Below are positions 51,386 to 64,000 of a DNA stretch of 64,000 nt, piece by piece. Position numbers and translations under genes: made by a program. The stretch is from contig OZ287760.1 of NCBI GenBank assembly GCA_965649765.1, positions 25,358,001-25,422,000 on the forward strand, in the 5' to 3' direction. Position 1 is the stretch's first letter, and every line of letters starts with the position of its first letter. Origin of the DNA: Bispira polyomma. Taxonomy: Eukaryota. The notes below the pieces were generated by a model. It did no database searches and had not been told where the DNA came from. It saw only the letters and a program-made list of their open reading frames with translations.

Positions 51386-51630
51386 GGTTAGAGGTTAGGG
51401 TTTAGGGTTATGGTTTAGGGGAGTTAGCCATCATTCTTTAGCCTACACATCTCTTACACTTAAAATTAGGGTTAGGGTTTAGGGGAGATAACCATCATTC
51501 TTTAGACTACATATCTCTTACACCTAAAGTTAAGATTAGGGTTGGGGCTTAGGGGTGTTAGCCATCATTCTTCAGCCTAAAATCTGTCACACTTAAAGTT
51601 AGATATAACCCCCTAACTCCTAAAGCCTAA
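51386..51630. repeat. ~65-bp tandem repeat containing TTAGGG/TTTAGGG motifs
   Basis: ggttagggtttaggg...agccatcattctttagcctacacatctcttacact, 3 copies. Confidence 0.75.
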
Positions 51631-51893
51631 CAATAATGTCCCCAACAAGAGCATCTCCAGATTAATGGATGAACATTGCATAACTGTGAAATAGGGTTAT
51701 ATTTATGAGATATATAAACACCATATCTGCTGTTTATGTGTCGGAAGAAATAATATATTATTAATTTTGTCTTTATTTTTTTATGTCGGTTTGTAAACCT
51801 CATATATATATCTGCCTATATATAACCTATAGTACCTTAAATTCCAAATATATCACAATTTATCGACCTGTCATCCTGTCGGTTTTTCAACCT

Positions 51894-51932
<39 letters not shown>

Positions 51933-52764
51933 CATATAGGAACTATATTTCCTGTAATAGCTGAATCAACTATAATCCTACCTGGAAATACATGTATTTA
52001 TACAACTAAGTGGGAATACTTAACTTGTTCCTTTAAAATACTGAGTAGGTTAGTTAGTCAGAAGTGTCTTAATTTATTTTGATGATAAAAGGTCGCTAAT
52101 GTTAAAAGAATTAGTTACGGAGGTGTGTGTATGTATCAGTTTCCTGAAACGTGAGATAAAGTTCTTGTGATTGTATAACACATATTTGTCCTTTGTAAGA
52201 GATACCCAAGGAATGAGGGTGTCAAACCTTACATCATGTGTACTGAAGAACACTTGTTTGATGACAACATAAAGGCAGTAATCGTGGGCTTATGGACAAA
52301 AGCTTAGGTTTCCTGACTTTTTTTATCAGGCTCAGGCTGAAATTATTTTTACTCTGAAAAGAGTGCGGCCATGATGAAAATAGTATGTAAGGTAGGGGAG
52401 CTGTTATTGTTTAAGTCAATTGAGGGCTTATGTGAGATAACCAATATGTTAGTTAAGATGACCAGCTTTGCTTTGGGTGACCTCAGAGGAACCAACTTTT
52501 TTTGCACGAGATATAATTAAATAGGTTTGATAATACAGCGAATTGGGTCATATAAGTTAAAGTTTATTTCACTTTAATGAGTAACCCACGTGAGTTAGTA
52601 GAAAAATGGATTCATTGTTCAAAATCATGTTTAGTGGAGATGGTTCATCACTATTCCAACTCATTGCAAGCCATAAAATTTGTAATCGGTAGATGTCTTT
52701 GAACCACTTTTAAACTGTACTTTGAATTGTGTACATTCCAGGTCATTCACACAGTATAACCGGC

Positions 52765-52970
52765 ACTGCAGTAGCCTTGTGGTTGGAAGTGGTTAAAAGT
52801 GCCTGCTCACCAATGTAGGTTCGAATCCCATTTGTTTCTTCATGTGGGGAAAGCTTGTCAGGTACTTGCCGTAGGTCAATGGTTTATACAGTTTCTTCAG
52901 CACTAGTTCCTTCCAGCATTAAATTCTGAGCCACCTGCCCGTCGTGATGTGACCCTAAGCTGTTGAGGTA
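52765..52970 (+). mobile_element. tRNA-derived SINE with V-domain-like body (mollusc-type)
   Basis: B box ggttcgaatccc, then catgtggggaaagcttgtcaggtacttgccgtagg...gacc.taagctgttga. Related copies at ~40-160, 6510-6750, 12125-12275, 12320-12550(-), 21095-21235, 21715-21905(-), 48830-48935, 53940-54135 and 62325-62535(-). Confidence 0.7.
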
Positions 52971-55900
52971 GTCAAACCGTGGATAGTTAACTGTAACTGT
53001 GGGCTGGACTCGTGACTAAATATGTGTGGTCTAGGAAAAAGGTTGGCATTGCCAAAACGATAACATGTTACCATATCTGATGATTCCTGGCTGGACTTCC
53101 AATGCGACTTGGTCCAACATCAAATAGAAGCAGCATTTCTGTCTAAAACAATAGCAAAAACATCAATTTGGGGGAGAGTGGAAATGAGTTCATAGAATTA
53201 AACATTTGGATAATAGAATTTCAGATAATAGAGGTTCTATGCTTTATGACAATACAGTAGAAGCTCCATATTATCAAGAAGGATATGCTCACTTTTAAAA
53301 ACACTTGGCCAAATGTGATTATTGTGTGTGGTCTGGGATAAAAGTCGGCAGTGACAATACGATTATACAATATTATATAATATAATATGTTACAATATTT
53401 GTGTGTCGGTGCCCATTAAAAATTAATGATTTTTTTTTAACTTTCTTTAAACTTGAACTATCCTTTTTTTCTCTCCATTATATAACTTCAACCCTTTCTT
53501 TTCTTATCTGTGGACACACCACACAGCTAAAGAAAACCAGAAAATTATATAAGTGTGAAAATGATTGTCTTGGAGTGGGAAAAGTTGGGTGACACAGCTT
53601 GGAAAAAACTGTCTGCTGCCTGTCAAAGGTACATCTCAAACGGTGTAGACTATTCATAATTCATAATATACGTGGGTTCTTTATAAAAAACAAATGGGTA
53701 CTGTTACCAATCTCTGCCCCCAGTGTTAAAACACAGACTATTTTGTAAAAGATGGAATTTCATACAAGAGGAAAAAGTTTTCTTTATCTCTTGCTTGCAC
53801 GAAAATTAGGTACAATAATTTAATGCTTTGCTGTTTTGTAGGGAGAGGGGGGTGCATCCCTTGGGTGAAAGGAACTAAATTTAAAAAAACTGACCCATTA
53901 AGTTCCAAAATCAAAATTACTTCAATTAGAACGAGAATTCTCACTGGCCTCTCACCTAGGTGTGGGTTTAAAATCCTGATTTGTTCCTTCATGAAAGTTT
54001 TGTTAGGTACCTTGCCGCAGGTCAGTGGTTTACACAGTGGCTTCAGCACTGGGTTTTTCTTCCACCATTAAATCAATCTGGCCGTCATTATATGTGACGC
54101 CTAAGCTATTGAAAGAGATATAAAAACCTCAACTCAAAATTATTCCACCTTAAGAAGAAAGTCTCGCCTATGTTGGCCACAGATTTTTAGCTCTGATTAT
54201 GTCATTGTTTTAATTGAACTGTTTGTGACAGTTAAAGCAGTTTTACATTTTCTAGTTTAGGGTATAGATTTTAGAAAGTTGGCAAGAGACTTGCTGAAGG
54301 TTGGTGGTTTTACAGAGCAGAAATGCCTTGACCAATTACACACTGTTCTGAAGTTTTCTCTCCACCTGTGTGATAAGACACAAATGAAACGTGTTGAAAC
54401 CGAACTAAAAATTAAACATAGTTTTTTACTTGAATGTAGTACAGTCAAACCCATTTAAGTAGAACTCTGCTAAGTGTAATTACCTGTTAAGTAGAAGTTA
54501 TTTTTTGAACCCATTGCTATATTTCTCATTACAATTTACCTGGTTAAATAGAATTTCTGTTAAGTAGAACAAATTGTATGGTCTCTTTAGATCTGACTTA
54601 ACAGGGTTCCACTGTAGAGCAGAGTTAAAGTTTCTGTCAGAGATCACAAATCCTTGGTCCAGAGTGATCAAACATCTTACACTTCAACTGGCAATAATTT
54701 TAACCACACCTTTGGATCAATGTGTTAGTGGTTAAGGGCTTTACAGACCGTGACTACACAACACGACAAATCAGAAAAATAGAAATAAGACAACATATAT
54801 TGATTATTCAGACTGGTCCCAGCACGACACTGCACGACACTGCAATTTGACTTGAAGTAATCTGTATAAAATGTTATGTCGTTAGGCTGCCATTGATGTA
54901 ATATGTAGCAAAAGTATCGTGGGGGAAGAAGGGGGTGCATATAACTTTTACATGGATAATGTCGTGTTTGGTGTGTATATGGCTGCCGTGCAGTGAGATG
55001 TCATTGCTTGTTGTGTACTGTTGTATCGGCGGTGGGTTTTAAGGCCCTTTAGTTGGTGTAGTGTAGTCTGACTGACACTCGAGTGGGCTGAGAAGGTTCA
55101 CTCGTGATTTAAAATCACGATTTGTGGTCAAAGTCTCAATCTTCAATCTAAGGTCTAGAGTGCAGATAGATCAGACCCTGACACTTGTACAGTCAAACCC
55201 CTCTAAGTTGAACTCTAGTAAGTGAAATTACCTGTTAAGTAGAATATTTTTTATATGATCTCATTGCTATATGTCTAATTTAAATGTTAAGTAGAATTTT
55301 TAATATGCAGAACACATTTGAGTCAATCTCAGACTCTGAATCTCAAGTTTATATTATCCCTATATCTGTGCTTAGAGTGAAGATAGGTCATAACCTTGAC
55401 TGAATGCTGCACTGGAAGCTCCAGTCAAATGAAATGGTTTATTGCAAGCATACCAGCCCTAGGGTGTTATGTGGGACGGATCTATGTTAATGTGGCTCTT
55501 TTGTTGTCAGTTGTGACATTAGGAAAAGTTCAGTTGCTGTACCGAAAATGAGGCATCATTCCACGTTAGTGACAAAAGCTGTAATACTCAATGATAATGA
55601 TCCATGAGTGATGCATATCAGCTGAAACTTAAAGCAGGAAAACATCATCATAAAACGGCACTCTTCAGGGTTTATTTTAGACTCTAAATAACGCATCTAA
55701 CATGTAACTATCATGGTAAATAGGTTACTTATACTTCTATTTCTTACATTAGATATGCGAAATCAGTAAATACGCATGTTTACTGATTTGGTCAGTAATA
55801 CATGTAATCTCTTAATTTTCAGTAAAAATGCGTATTTACTTGTGTTTAGGTCCAGTAAGTTCACATATTTACTGAATTGTCTTATTTTTTCAAAGTGATA

Positions 55901-56523
55901 ATTAAGTAGTCCCAATAAAGTCTTTTTCATCCATAATGATGCATCAAATTGATTTACTCATATCAGTGACATTTTCTTATACATTACATGTCATGTGGTA
56001 TGTTCAACTCTGATAATAAATCAAACCAATTAATTAATTACATTATTACAGCAAATATGTACATGTATAAATTGTTGCTAATGGTTTTTCTTGGTTAATA
56101 TATATATTTAGTTATAAACTTTCTTATTTTATCAATTATCTAGCTTATAAATAAATAATAATTATAGTTAGCTGTATCAGATGTATTAGAACTAATAAAA
56201 GCCGAAATAGTGCCTTTTTATGACTGGGTGTTCCCTTATTTCTCGAACTTGTACCATAGGAAGCTGTTGATTCATATTGGAGAAACTTATATTTAAATGG
56301 AACTTACATGGACTGTGCTGTATTTTAGTGTATACATTTTTCTTGAATATACAAATCTGAAATGACTTAATAACACAATCATTTAAAATATGCATCTTTT
56401 AGAAAAATGTTTTTCTTAGTTGGCTGTACTTTAGTGTTTATATCTTTCTTGAATGTGTTTTCAACTGAATCAGCCATTTCTCACATGTACAAATCTGACT
56501 TGACTTGATAGCAGGCCAGGTCT

Positions 56524-58360
56524 TTATTACATTACATTTATATAGCGCTTATATACCTAAGCACTTTACAATTTTTAGTACAATTTAAAGAAATATATAT
56601 ACAGTAATTTAACAGTCATATGCTAATTTACATAAATAGGTTTTTAAATGTTTTTTAAAAACTGAGATGCAGTTGCAGTTTCTAAATGTAAGGGGCAAAC
56701 TAGTCGCTTCCTGTTTGAGACAGAAACATATTTTATATATGCATTGAATCTGGTAGTAAGCAGACCTTCAGACCTGTAGAATCTGATATGACATTGACAA
56801 CTGTCCATCAATCCAGACATCTAAATTCTTCGCAAGATTTTCATTCTTTGTGTTATGTCCACCTACTGTTATTGAATCGTGAATAACTTTTGACTTTTGA
56901 AACTTGGATCCGATCACAAGAAATTCTATTTTATTATCATTGAGCTTTAACTTGTTTTGAAACATCCACTCAGATAGCTTACTAATGTAGGTTTCAATTT
57001 GCTTGAAGGCTGTTGTTTGATCTTCGATACTATTGGTATTGACAGGTAGGTACAGCTGCCTGTCATCAGCAAAAAGATGGAATAGAATATTAGAACTTCA
57101 AAAGATGGCACCAATCGGTATGGTGTACCTTAAATACAGTGATGGGCCTAGGACAGATCCCTGTGGAACACAACAATCCAACCTACAACTAGTTGATTTG
57201 ACACCCTTGACACTTACACATTGTGATCTCTCTGCTAAATAAAAAGTAAACCATTTCAAGCAGTTTTCTGAGATACCAAACATATGTTCAAGTCTTTTCA
57301 GCAATATTGCATGGTCGACAGTGTCGAAGGCTGTTGACAAATCCAACAGAGATAATAACACAACTTTTCCATTGTCAATGTTTGTAAGGAGGTCATTGAA
57401 TATCTCAATTAAGACAGATTCAGTGCTGTGGTGAGCACGGTATGCAGACTGAAGTGGATCAAGTACATTGTTTCCAGCTAGATGACTATTGACCTGAACA
57501 CTGACTGCCCTTTCAGTTAGCTTTGAGAGAAAACTAAGGTTTGATACAGGTCGATAGTTTTTGTAAGTCAAGTCTAGCTTAGGTTTTTTTAACAATGGAG
57601 TGACAAATGCCGTTTTAAAAATGGATGGTACTTCCCCTCTTGTTAGAGAAGCATTAAAAATCCTGGTGATCACAGGTACCAGTTCAGCTGCACACTATTT
57701 CAGCAGATATGTAGGTGTAGGGTCCAGCTCACTGAACTTTGTTGGAGCTTTACTTGTAAGCTTTGAGACATCAACCTCAGAGAGACAGTGGAAGTTGTGC
57801 ATGGATGAATCACCACATAAAAATTGTCATGGCTACCATACCCGTCTGAGTCTACAAATTTATCACATATTTTCTCGTTTGACAGTTCTTCCACTGAAGA
57901 ATGGGATGGGAGAGGTGTATCTGATACTTAATGTAGAAGCAACTTTGTCAGTTGGAAAAGCTTCTTTTGGTCATTCTTGTTCTCAGCAATGATATTGTGG
58001 AAGTATTCTTCTTTGGCTTTAATAAATAGAATTAAATACTGTTGATGTTGACTCTTGAAGGCAGACAAATCATCAGGGCCCTTAGTTTTATGCCACTTTC
58101 TCTCCAGTTTCCTCAATTTTGATCTCTCCTCTTTAGGATTTACTAAACCAAGGACGATTTGGTTTGACAAAAACTCTCCGCTTCATCACAGGAGCATGTT
58201 TGTCGATAACCTTGACAAGGCCTTGATTGTATCTTTCAACCAACACATCAATATTGTCATTTATATTACCAAAGTCATGGGATTGAATATCATGCCTAAA
58301 CTTATTGATGTTGATGTTCTTCACTTTATTCATAGACAACAGTCTGTGATAATTACAGTT
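56524..58360 (-). mobile_element. Degenerate L2/CR1-clade LINE ORF2 (RT) with 3' tail
   Basis: KHAP...RPWF, NYRPVSNLSFLSK, QSAYRAHHSTE, LDLSTAFDTVDH, VPQGSVLGP, FADD and KLKLNDNKIEFL. Multiple frameshifts. Tail aagcgctatataaatgtaatgtaat. Confidence 0.9.
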
Positions 58361-59679
58361 CAATAAATGGGGAAACCATATTTTTAAAAATGTACATGCA
58401 ATAATGTACATACAAAATACATGTGGTGTAGTGTGCTTTAAATTGACCTAACTAAAGACAGACTTATTAACAGCTAAATGAATGAAATTTCCACATTACA
58501 TATGTTTGCTGAAATAAGCCTTTCACTATATCAAATTGTTAATGACGGGTCTATGTTAATGGGGCTCTTTTCGTGTCGGTTGTGATGTTAAGAAAAATGA
58601 CTTGGTGTGACCAAACTGTGGTGTATTTTGTGATTATAGTTTTTAAGTTGCAAACAACCTCATCTTTTGCAGTGTATATTGAGTAACATATTATCATTAT
58701 CTGAAATCGCAGGAGCTGGGCAGGTTTTTTTAAAGTACACTAAACTGAAACACTGGATTCTCTCGATAACTCTGGATACGGTGCAAACATAATTATCTAA
58801 AATCTGACCACATGTCTAAATTTAGTGTTAAAAGCTCTATTAAAATTAATGGTCAGAAGTATGCTCTTGGGTTTATTTCCATGTGAACAAGGATTTCCAC
58901 ACATAATATTAGCCTCCTAACTTTGAGTTTGAGTATTGTGTGTTTAGCATTTGTCTTTGTTTATCATTTTTGAGCGGTTGAAGTGTGGTTTACAAGTGGG
59001 CCGGCAGACCCTTGTGATTAAGTCACGACTTGCGGTCAATTATTACCAAAAGAACATTAGATCATCTACATGTGTATGGTCGTGTAATAATTACATAACT
59101 CATCCCACATCAGGCTCAAAACAGAGGGGTGTCGGGGTGTGGGGGTTTCAAATAACTGCTTTACAGTAAATTAAAACAAGATTACACAAAGGTATAATGG
59201 TCGTAACCTTTAAAAAAAGAAATACATTTACAGTATGTGTAAATCAGACAGTTTAAAAAAAAATAAAAAAAGTAAATATGATGTTGGAACAATATTTTAG
59301 ATATTAATATTTTAAACAAACAAACGTTTAAATAGTCTCCATCAATTTGGTAAAGATTTTTAAGAAGCGAGTGACTTGTCTTAATTAATTTTGATGATAA
59401 AATGTCGCCAATGTTAAAATAAATAGTTACGGAGGTGTGTGTGTGTGTGTATCACTTTACTGATTGTTTTACACATATTGTCCTTTGTAAGAGATACCCA
59501 GGGTATAAGGGTGTCAAACCTTACATCATGTGTACCGAAGAACACTTGTTTGATGACTACAAAAGGGCGGTAATCGTGGCGTTGTGGGCAGAAGCTCAGG
59601 TTTCCTCATTTTTTTTTCATATTGTTTTCACTCTAAAAAGGGCGTGGCCAAATTGGAAGTAATATATTGTGGGGCTTGA

Positions 59680-59945
59680 GGCAATTGACCCGGCCAAACT
59701 GAGGGTGTTTCAGCTTACTATCAGGTGCTGACTGATATGGCCACCATGTTGGAAATATTATGCCAGGCCTTCATGGATTGATTGGAAGCAATCGACCTGG
59801 CCAAACTGAGGGGTGTCTGAATAATATTATCAGGCCTTCATGGATTGATTGGAAGCATTCGACCTGGCCAAACTGAGAGGTGTCCGAATAACATTATTAG
59901 GCCTTTATTGGTTGGTTGGAAGCATTCGACCTGGCTAAACCAAGG
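59680..59945. repeat. Degenerate ~67-bp tandem repeat
   Basis: ggccttcatggattgattggaagcattcgacctggccaaactgag, 3-4 copies. Confidence 0.8.
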
Positions 59946-62900
59946 GGATTAATATTTCTCATACTGGGAGCGCCTAGGTCTTTTAAAAAAATAATTACCC
60001 TGATCAACATGACATAATACTTTCTTTTTATTGTTTAATATCTACTAAGTAGCTACGAAATGTCATGTTTGTAAAAAAAATTAAAACTGGTCTATAAACA
60101 CCTTCTGGTTTTTAGGAAAAAGGCTAAAACCCTATTTTTTTTAAAAGTTGGCTACCCCCCCCCCCATCCCCCCCATAGTTTCCTTCCTGTACACCCACCC
60201 ACATTCCTTCCTTACAACCGTGTTGTTTGGACTTCTCTATTGGTTCTGTTGTTGAGCTTTAGAAGATTCTCGCATCAAGAAGGCGCTTTATAAATCCAAT
60301 ACAATATTCTCGAATGACACTAGAGTTCAAATTCAGACCCTTTTGACCCCTGTGTCTGTCTGCTGGCAGCTGATACCCTCAAAAATATCATTTTATATTT
60401 CTTCAGTTCCTGCCAATAGGAAATTATTAGTACAGCATACTCCTAATTATAGGTGAGGCTGTTATGTAGTGTAGGAAGTATAGTCCGTGGTGTGTGCTTT
60501 AGTGACTCCAGCTATCTGGAACCTATTACGGAAACATTTCTCTTGGGTTCGAGAGGGTTAAATCTGATGAAGGTTTCTGTGGGAGTACTCACATATAAAA
60601 ATATGGCATGTACTTGTGACCATTCCTTTTAATAGAGCTTTGAGGGGTGAATTAAAATAATAATGCAGTTAGATTTTTACTCAAGCTAGAGAGATATGGG
60701 GACGTCAGATTTGAGTTTGAATTAAGGTACTATAAGGTACTAAGGTACTATGCCACCTGTTAACTATAAATGTAATAATCGTGGGGGTAAATAACACACA
60801 GTATCTGCGTAATAACAAGGAGTGTTAATTTGCAATTTTTTTTTTTATTTACTTGATATATAAACTTATTTGAACAAGAGAACAAGTTTCCATAATAACA
60901 TAACAGTATTACATTTTAATTCATTTTTATCTGCAAACAGTTTTTATATGCGTACAGTGTAGAACTTCTGTTATTCAAACATGTTTGGGGCGGGGGGAGG
61001 GGGGGAGGGGGGGAGAGCAAGGTCTTAATAATATTTACTTATATATTACCTTACTGACCTGCTTAATTACCCAAACCAAATCTTCCTAGCTCCAATACGT
61101 TTGGATAATAGAGGTTCTACTTGACACAAATACCCACATTCATCAATAACACTGTCATTTTACAAGGTACAACAAGTACACACACACACACACACAAAAC
61201 ACAACCCTGGTCGTTTGTTACCTAGAATTGGCATAATCTCCACAGTCACAGATGATGTAGCGTCAATAAGCGTTTCCATGCAGGCAATTTTCTTAGGTGA
61301 CCTGCCGACGGCAATTCTATCAGTTTTATTGATTTATAGCCAAGTGTTTCCACATAAGCAATGCCAACGGGCTGCAGGAAATGCCAGGCGGTACTAAGAG
61401 TGAAAAAATTGCCTGGTATTGCCTGGTAAACATTGCCTTTTGGGGATACGCGATACATGATTTCCTTATAAAATCAGCTGTATAATTGCTTGCATGGAAA
61501 CCCAAAATTGCGGATTGCCGTAGCCTGATTGCCCATCAGCAATTGCCGATATGGAAACACAGACTTAGTAATAAGGAATGTTAAATTTACCACTGTATCT
61601 GATATTCTCTACTACTCTAAAATTGAAGCCCAAATTAATAAAAAATGGGCGAAAAATAACTGTAATTTTTAGGTAAGTACCGGTAAGGCATAAAATAATT
61701 TTCAGCAACTATGACCTCACAATTCTAAGCCTAAAAAACCACAACATTTTCTGGGTGGCGAATGTCAGATACAGTGGCAAATGTTAGATTCCTTACTACT
61801 ACTCAAGAATGAAAAAAAAGTGCCTAAGATGTCAGCAAATTTAGGAACAAAAATTCTCAGGCACGTCTACTACACTCAGTGCAAAAAAAAAACACTCTGT
61901 AAACGGCAACATCACCTTTATACATGAATTGAGATCAATATGGAAACCAGATATATATCAGGAATGTCTGTAAAATTCCAGTAAGTTGTGGAAAATGAGT
62001 CATTCCAAAAATCATACAAATTGATAAAAACAAGAAGCTCCAGATGATGAATATCTGTATAATCTTATCCATTGTGCAAAGTCATAAATTATTTTTTAAA
62101 ACTTTAAATGATTTATAAACAACTGATGCCCAGTGTTTTGGAGACTGCATAAAATAAGTTGATAATTTACCTAAAACACCCAAATTGAGAGGTTCTGAGG
62201 TACTCGTTTAGGATACTACAAAAATTTGTTCATAATCTAACCTTATAAAGTCTGATTTTGTATACTAATAAGGACAGAAATACGTTCGCTACAGATTAAC
62301 ATACAGATAATATAAAAGACATGTTTGCTTTGGGGTTTTTCGTTGCTTTCAACACATTGTATAGGTCACATCACAATGGGTAGTTTTGGTAGCGGTATAG
62401 TAGTGGGTCAAGATTCTACGCTGTAAACCACCGACCATCGGCAAGAGTGTGCCAATTTTCCCACTTAAAGCCCCGGCCGAGATTCGAACCAGGACCTTAG
62501 AGGCGAGTGTGTTAGTACTGTGCCACTGAGGCTCCCTAAAATACTCTTTTAAAGCAACATATGTATGTGTGTGTCAAGAACTCTATTTGTTGTACAAAGA
62601 TTAAGCGCTATAAAAGTACGACTAGATTAGATTAGATTAGATTAACTCTACCACTCTGCGATAAGATTATACAGACATCTTCTGCTTTAGCCGTCTGTAT
62701 AATGTCAAGTCAAGACAGGACACATTTGGAAAGCAATTCACCACACATTCTTGCCAAACCATTATAAAAAAAACAATCTAAAAGTTGTGATTTTATCAGA
62801 CATTAATTGCTAATTTCCCAATCAATCAGATTTCTCAAAACTGTGTCACCAGTTATATATGACCAATAACATTATAGAACCATCAACATTGTAGGGGCAA

Positions 62901-64000
62901 ATCGATTGTTTGTTTCTTGAAAGAATGTGAAGTCATTTGCCTTTCAAAATTGTGTCTGCAAAACCCTGAATGATACAATGTGAAACGTTAAAATAAGCAC
63001 TGCAATGTATAGTATATGTGAAGACGCACATCAATAAATCAAAACACTCAATAACAAACGTGACAAGAGTTGTCTTTTAAAAAAGATATACACTAATGTT
63101 GATATATGGACCACTATATATACTCAGGACCGCTTGGCACCTCTACAAATATTAATCTGACACCCCCTCAGTTTGGTCGATTTGTCGCTTTCCAACGAAT
63201 CCACAAAGGCCTTACATATTAATTTCAACATTGCGGCATCCTTTTTCTAATGATGGCTGCGCCCTTTTTCAGTTTGAAAACAATGTCAGGCCAGGCCTGA
63301 TAAAAAAGACAACACTCAATAAGCAGTGAAAACCTGTTTAACAAAAACATACATGCAACAAATAGGCATACCTGAAAAATAAAGAAGGAAAATGAAAAAA
63401 AATAGGTGAAATGGTAAACCTTTTGTTAAAAAAGTTTAACTTTAATTTGATAGCAAATTTTTATTTTGACAGTAGTACTGAAGTTATTATATTTTTATGC
63501 AATATAAAAAGTAAGGATGTTGCCACTGTATTTTGTAATTTACCACCCCAACATTTAAGCCAAATTAATAAAAACTGGCGAAAAATAACTGTCAATTCTC
63601 AATTACCGTTACAGCAAATTTTACTCGCAATTCTACCAAAAATCACAAAATTTTCGAAGTGCCGATTTTCATATACAGTTCGTGAATTTTAGATTGCTTA
63701 CTCTACTTATTTTCTTTCCAAGGTTCACGCGAATGCAATTATATAATGATGCACTTCTGTTAAATTAATTTTGATAATGTAGATAACGATATAATATAAA
63801 ACCTTATATTAAGCTTGTACGGAGTCTTAACTGTACAAGCCTTTGATATTAATGTACAAAAACAAGAGTTGTCTTTAAAAAACCCACAGGCTAAAATACC
63901 CTGACGTGATATGGGCCACTGTATAAACTCAGGCCCACTTAGCACCTCTACAAATATTAATCTGACACCCACTCAGACAGGTCCATTGATTCCAACCAAT

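Overview
AT-rich, repeat-dense animal genomic DNA. The SINE families and the receptor type suggest a mollusc-like lophotrochozoan (inference). There are two assembly gaps. The only convincing host gene is a two-coding-exon, minus-strand class A GPCR of the myosuppressin/myomodulin-receptor (DmsR-like) type (19413-19070 + 17168-16331, about 393 aa). It is flanked by degenerate tandem copies of its own N-terminal and C-terminal coding ends. Mobile DNA includes a two-LTR but mutated Gmr1-like Gypsy element with a SCAN-like gag and PR-INT-RT-RH order (40283-46742, inside a 41-bp minisatellite). There is also a decayed DIRS/Ngaro-like element, L2/CR1 and RTE-X-like LINE relics, several SINE and MITE families, and many minisatellites. 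A ~2.1-kb inverted duplication (30193-32292 / 34230-36244) carries the best novelty candidate: a tandem pair of 164-nt elements that fold into the same multi-helix RNA structure, with compensatory changes and G-U wobble bias to one strand. I could not match it to an RNA family I know.
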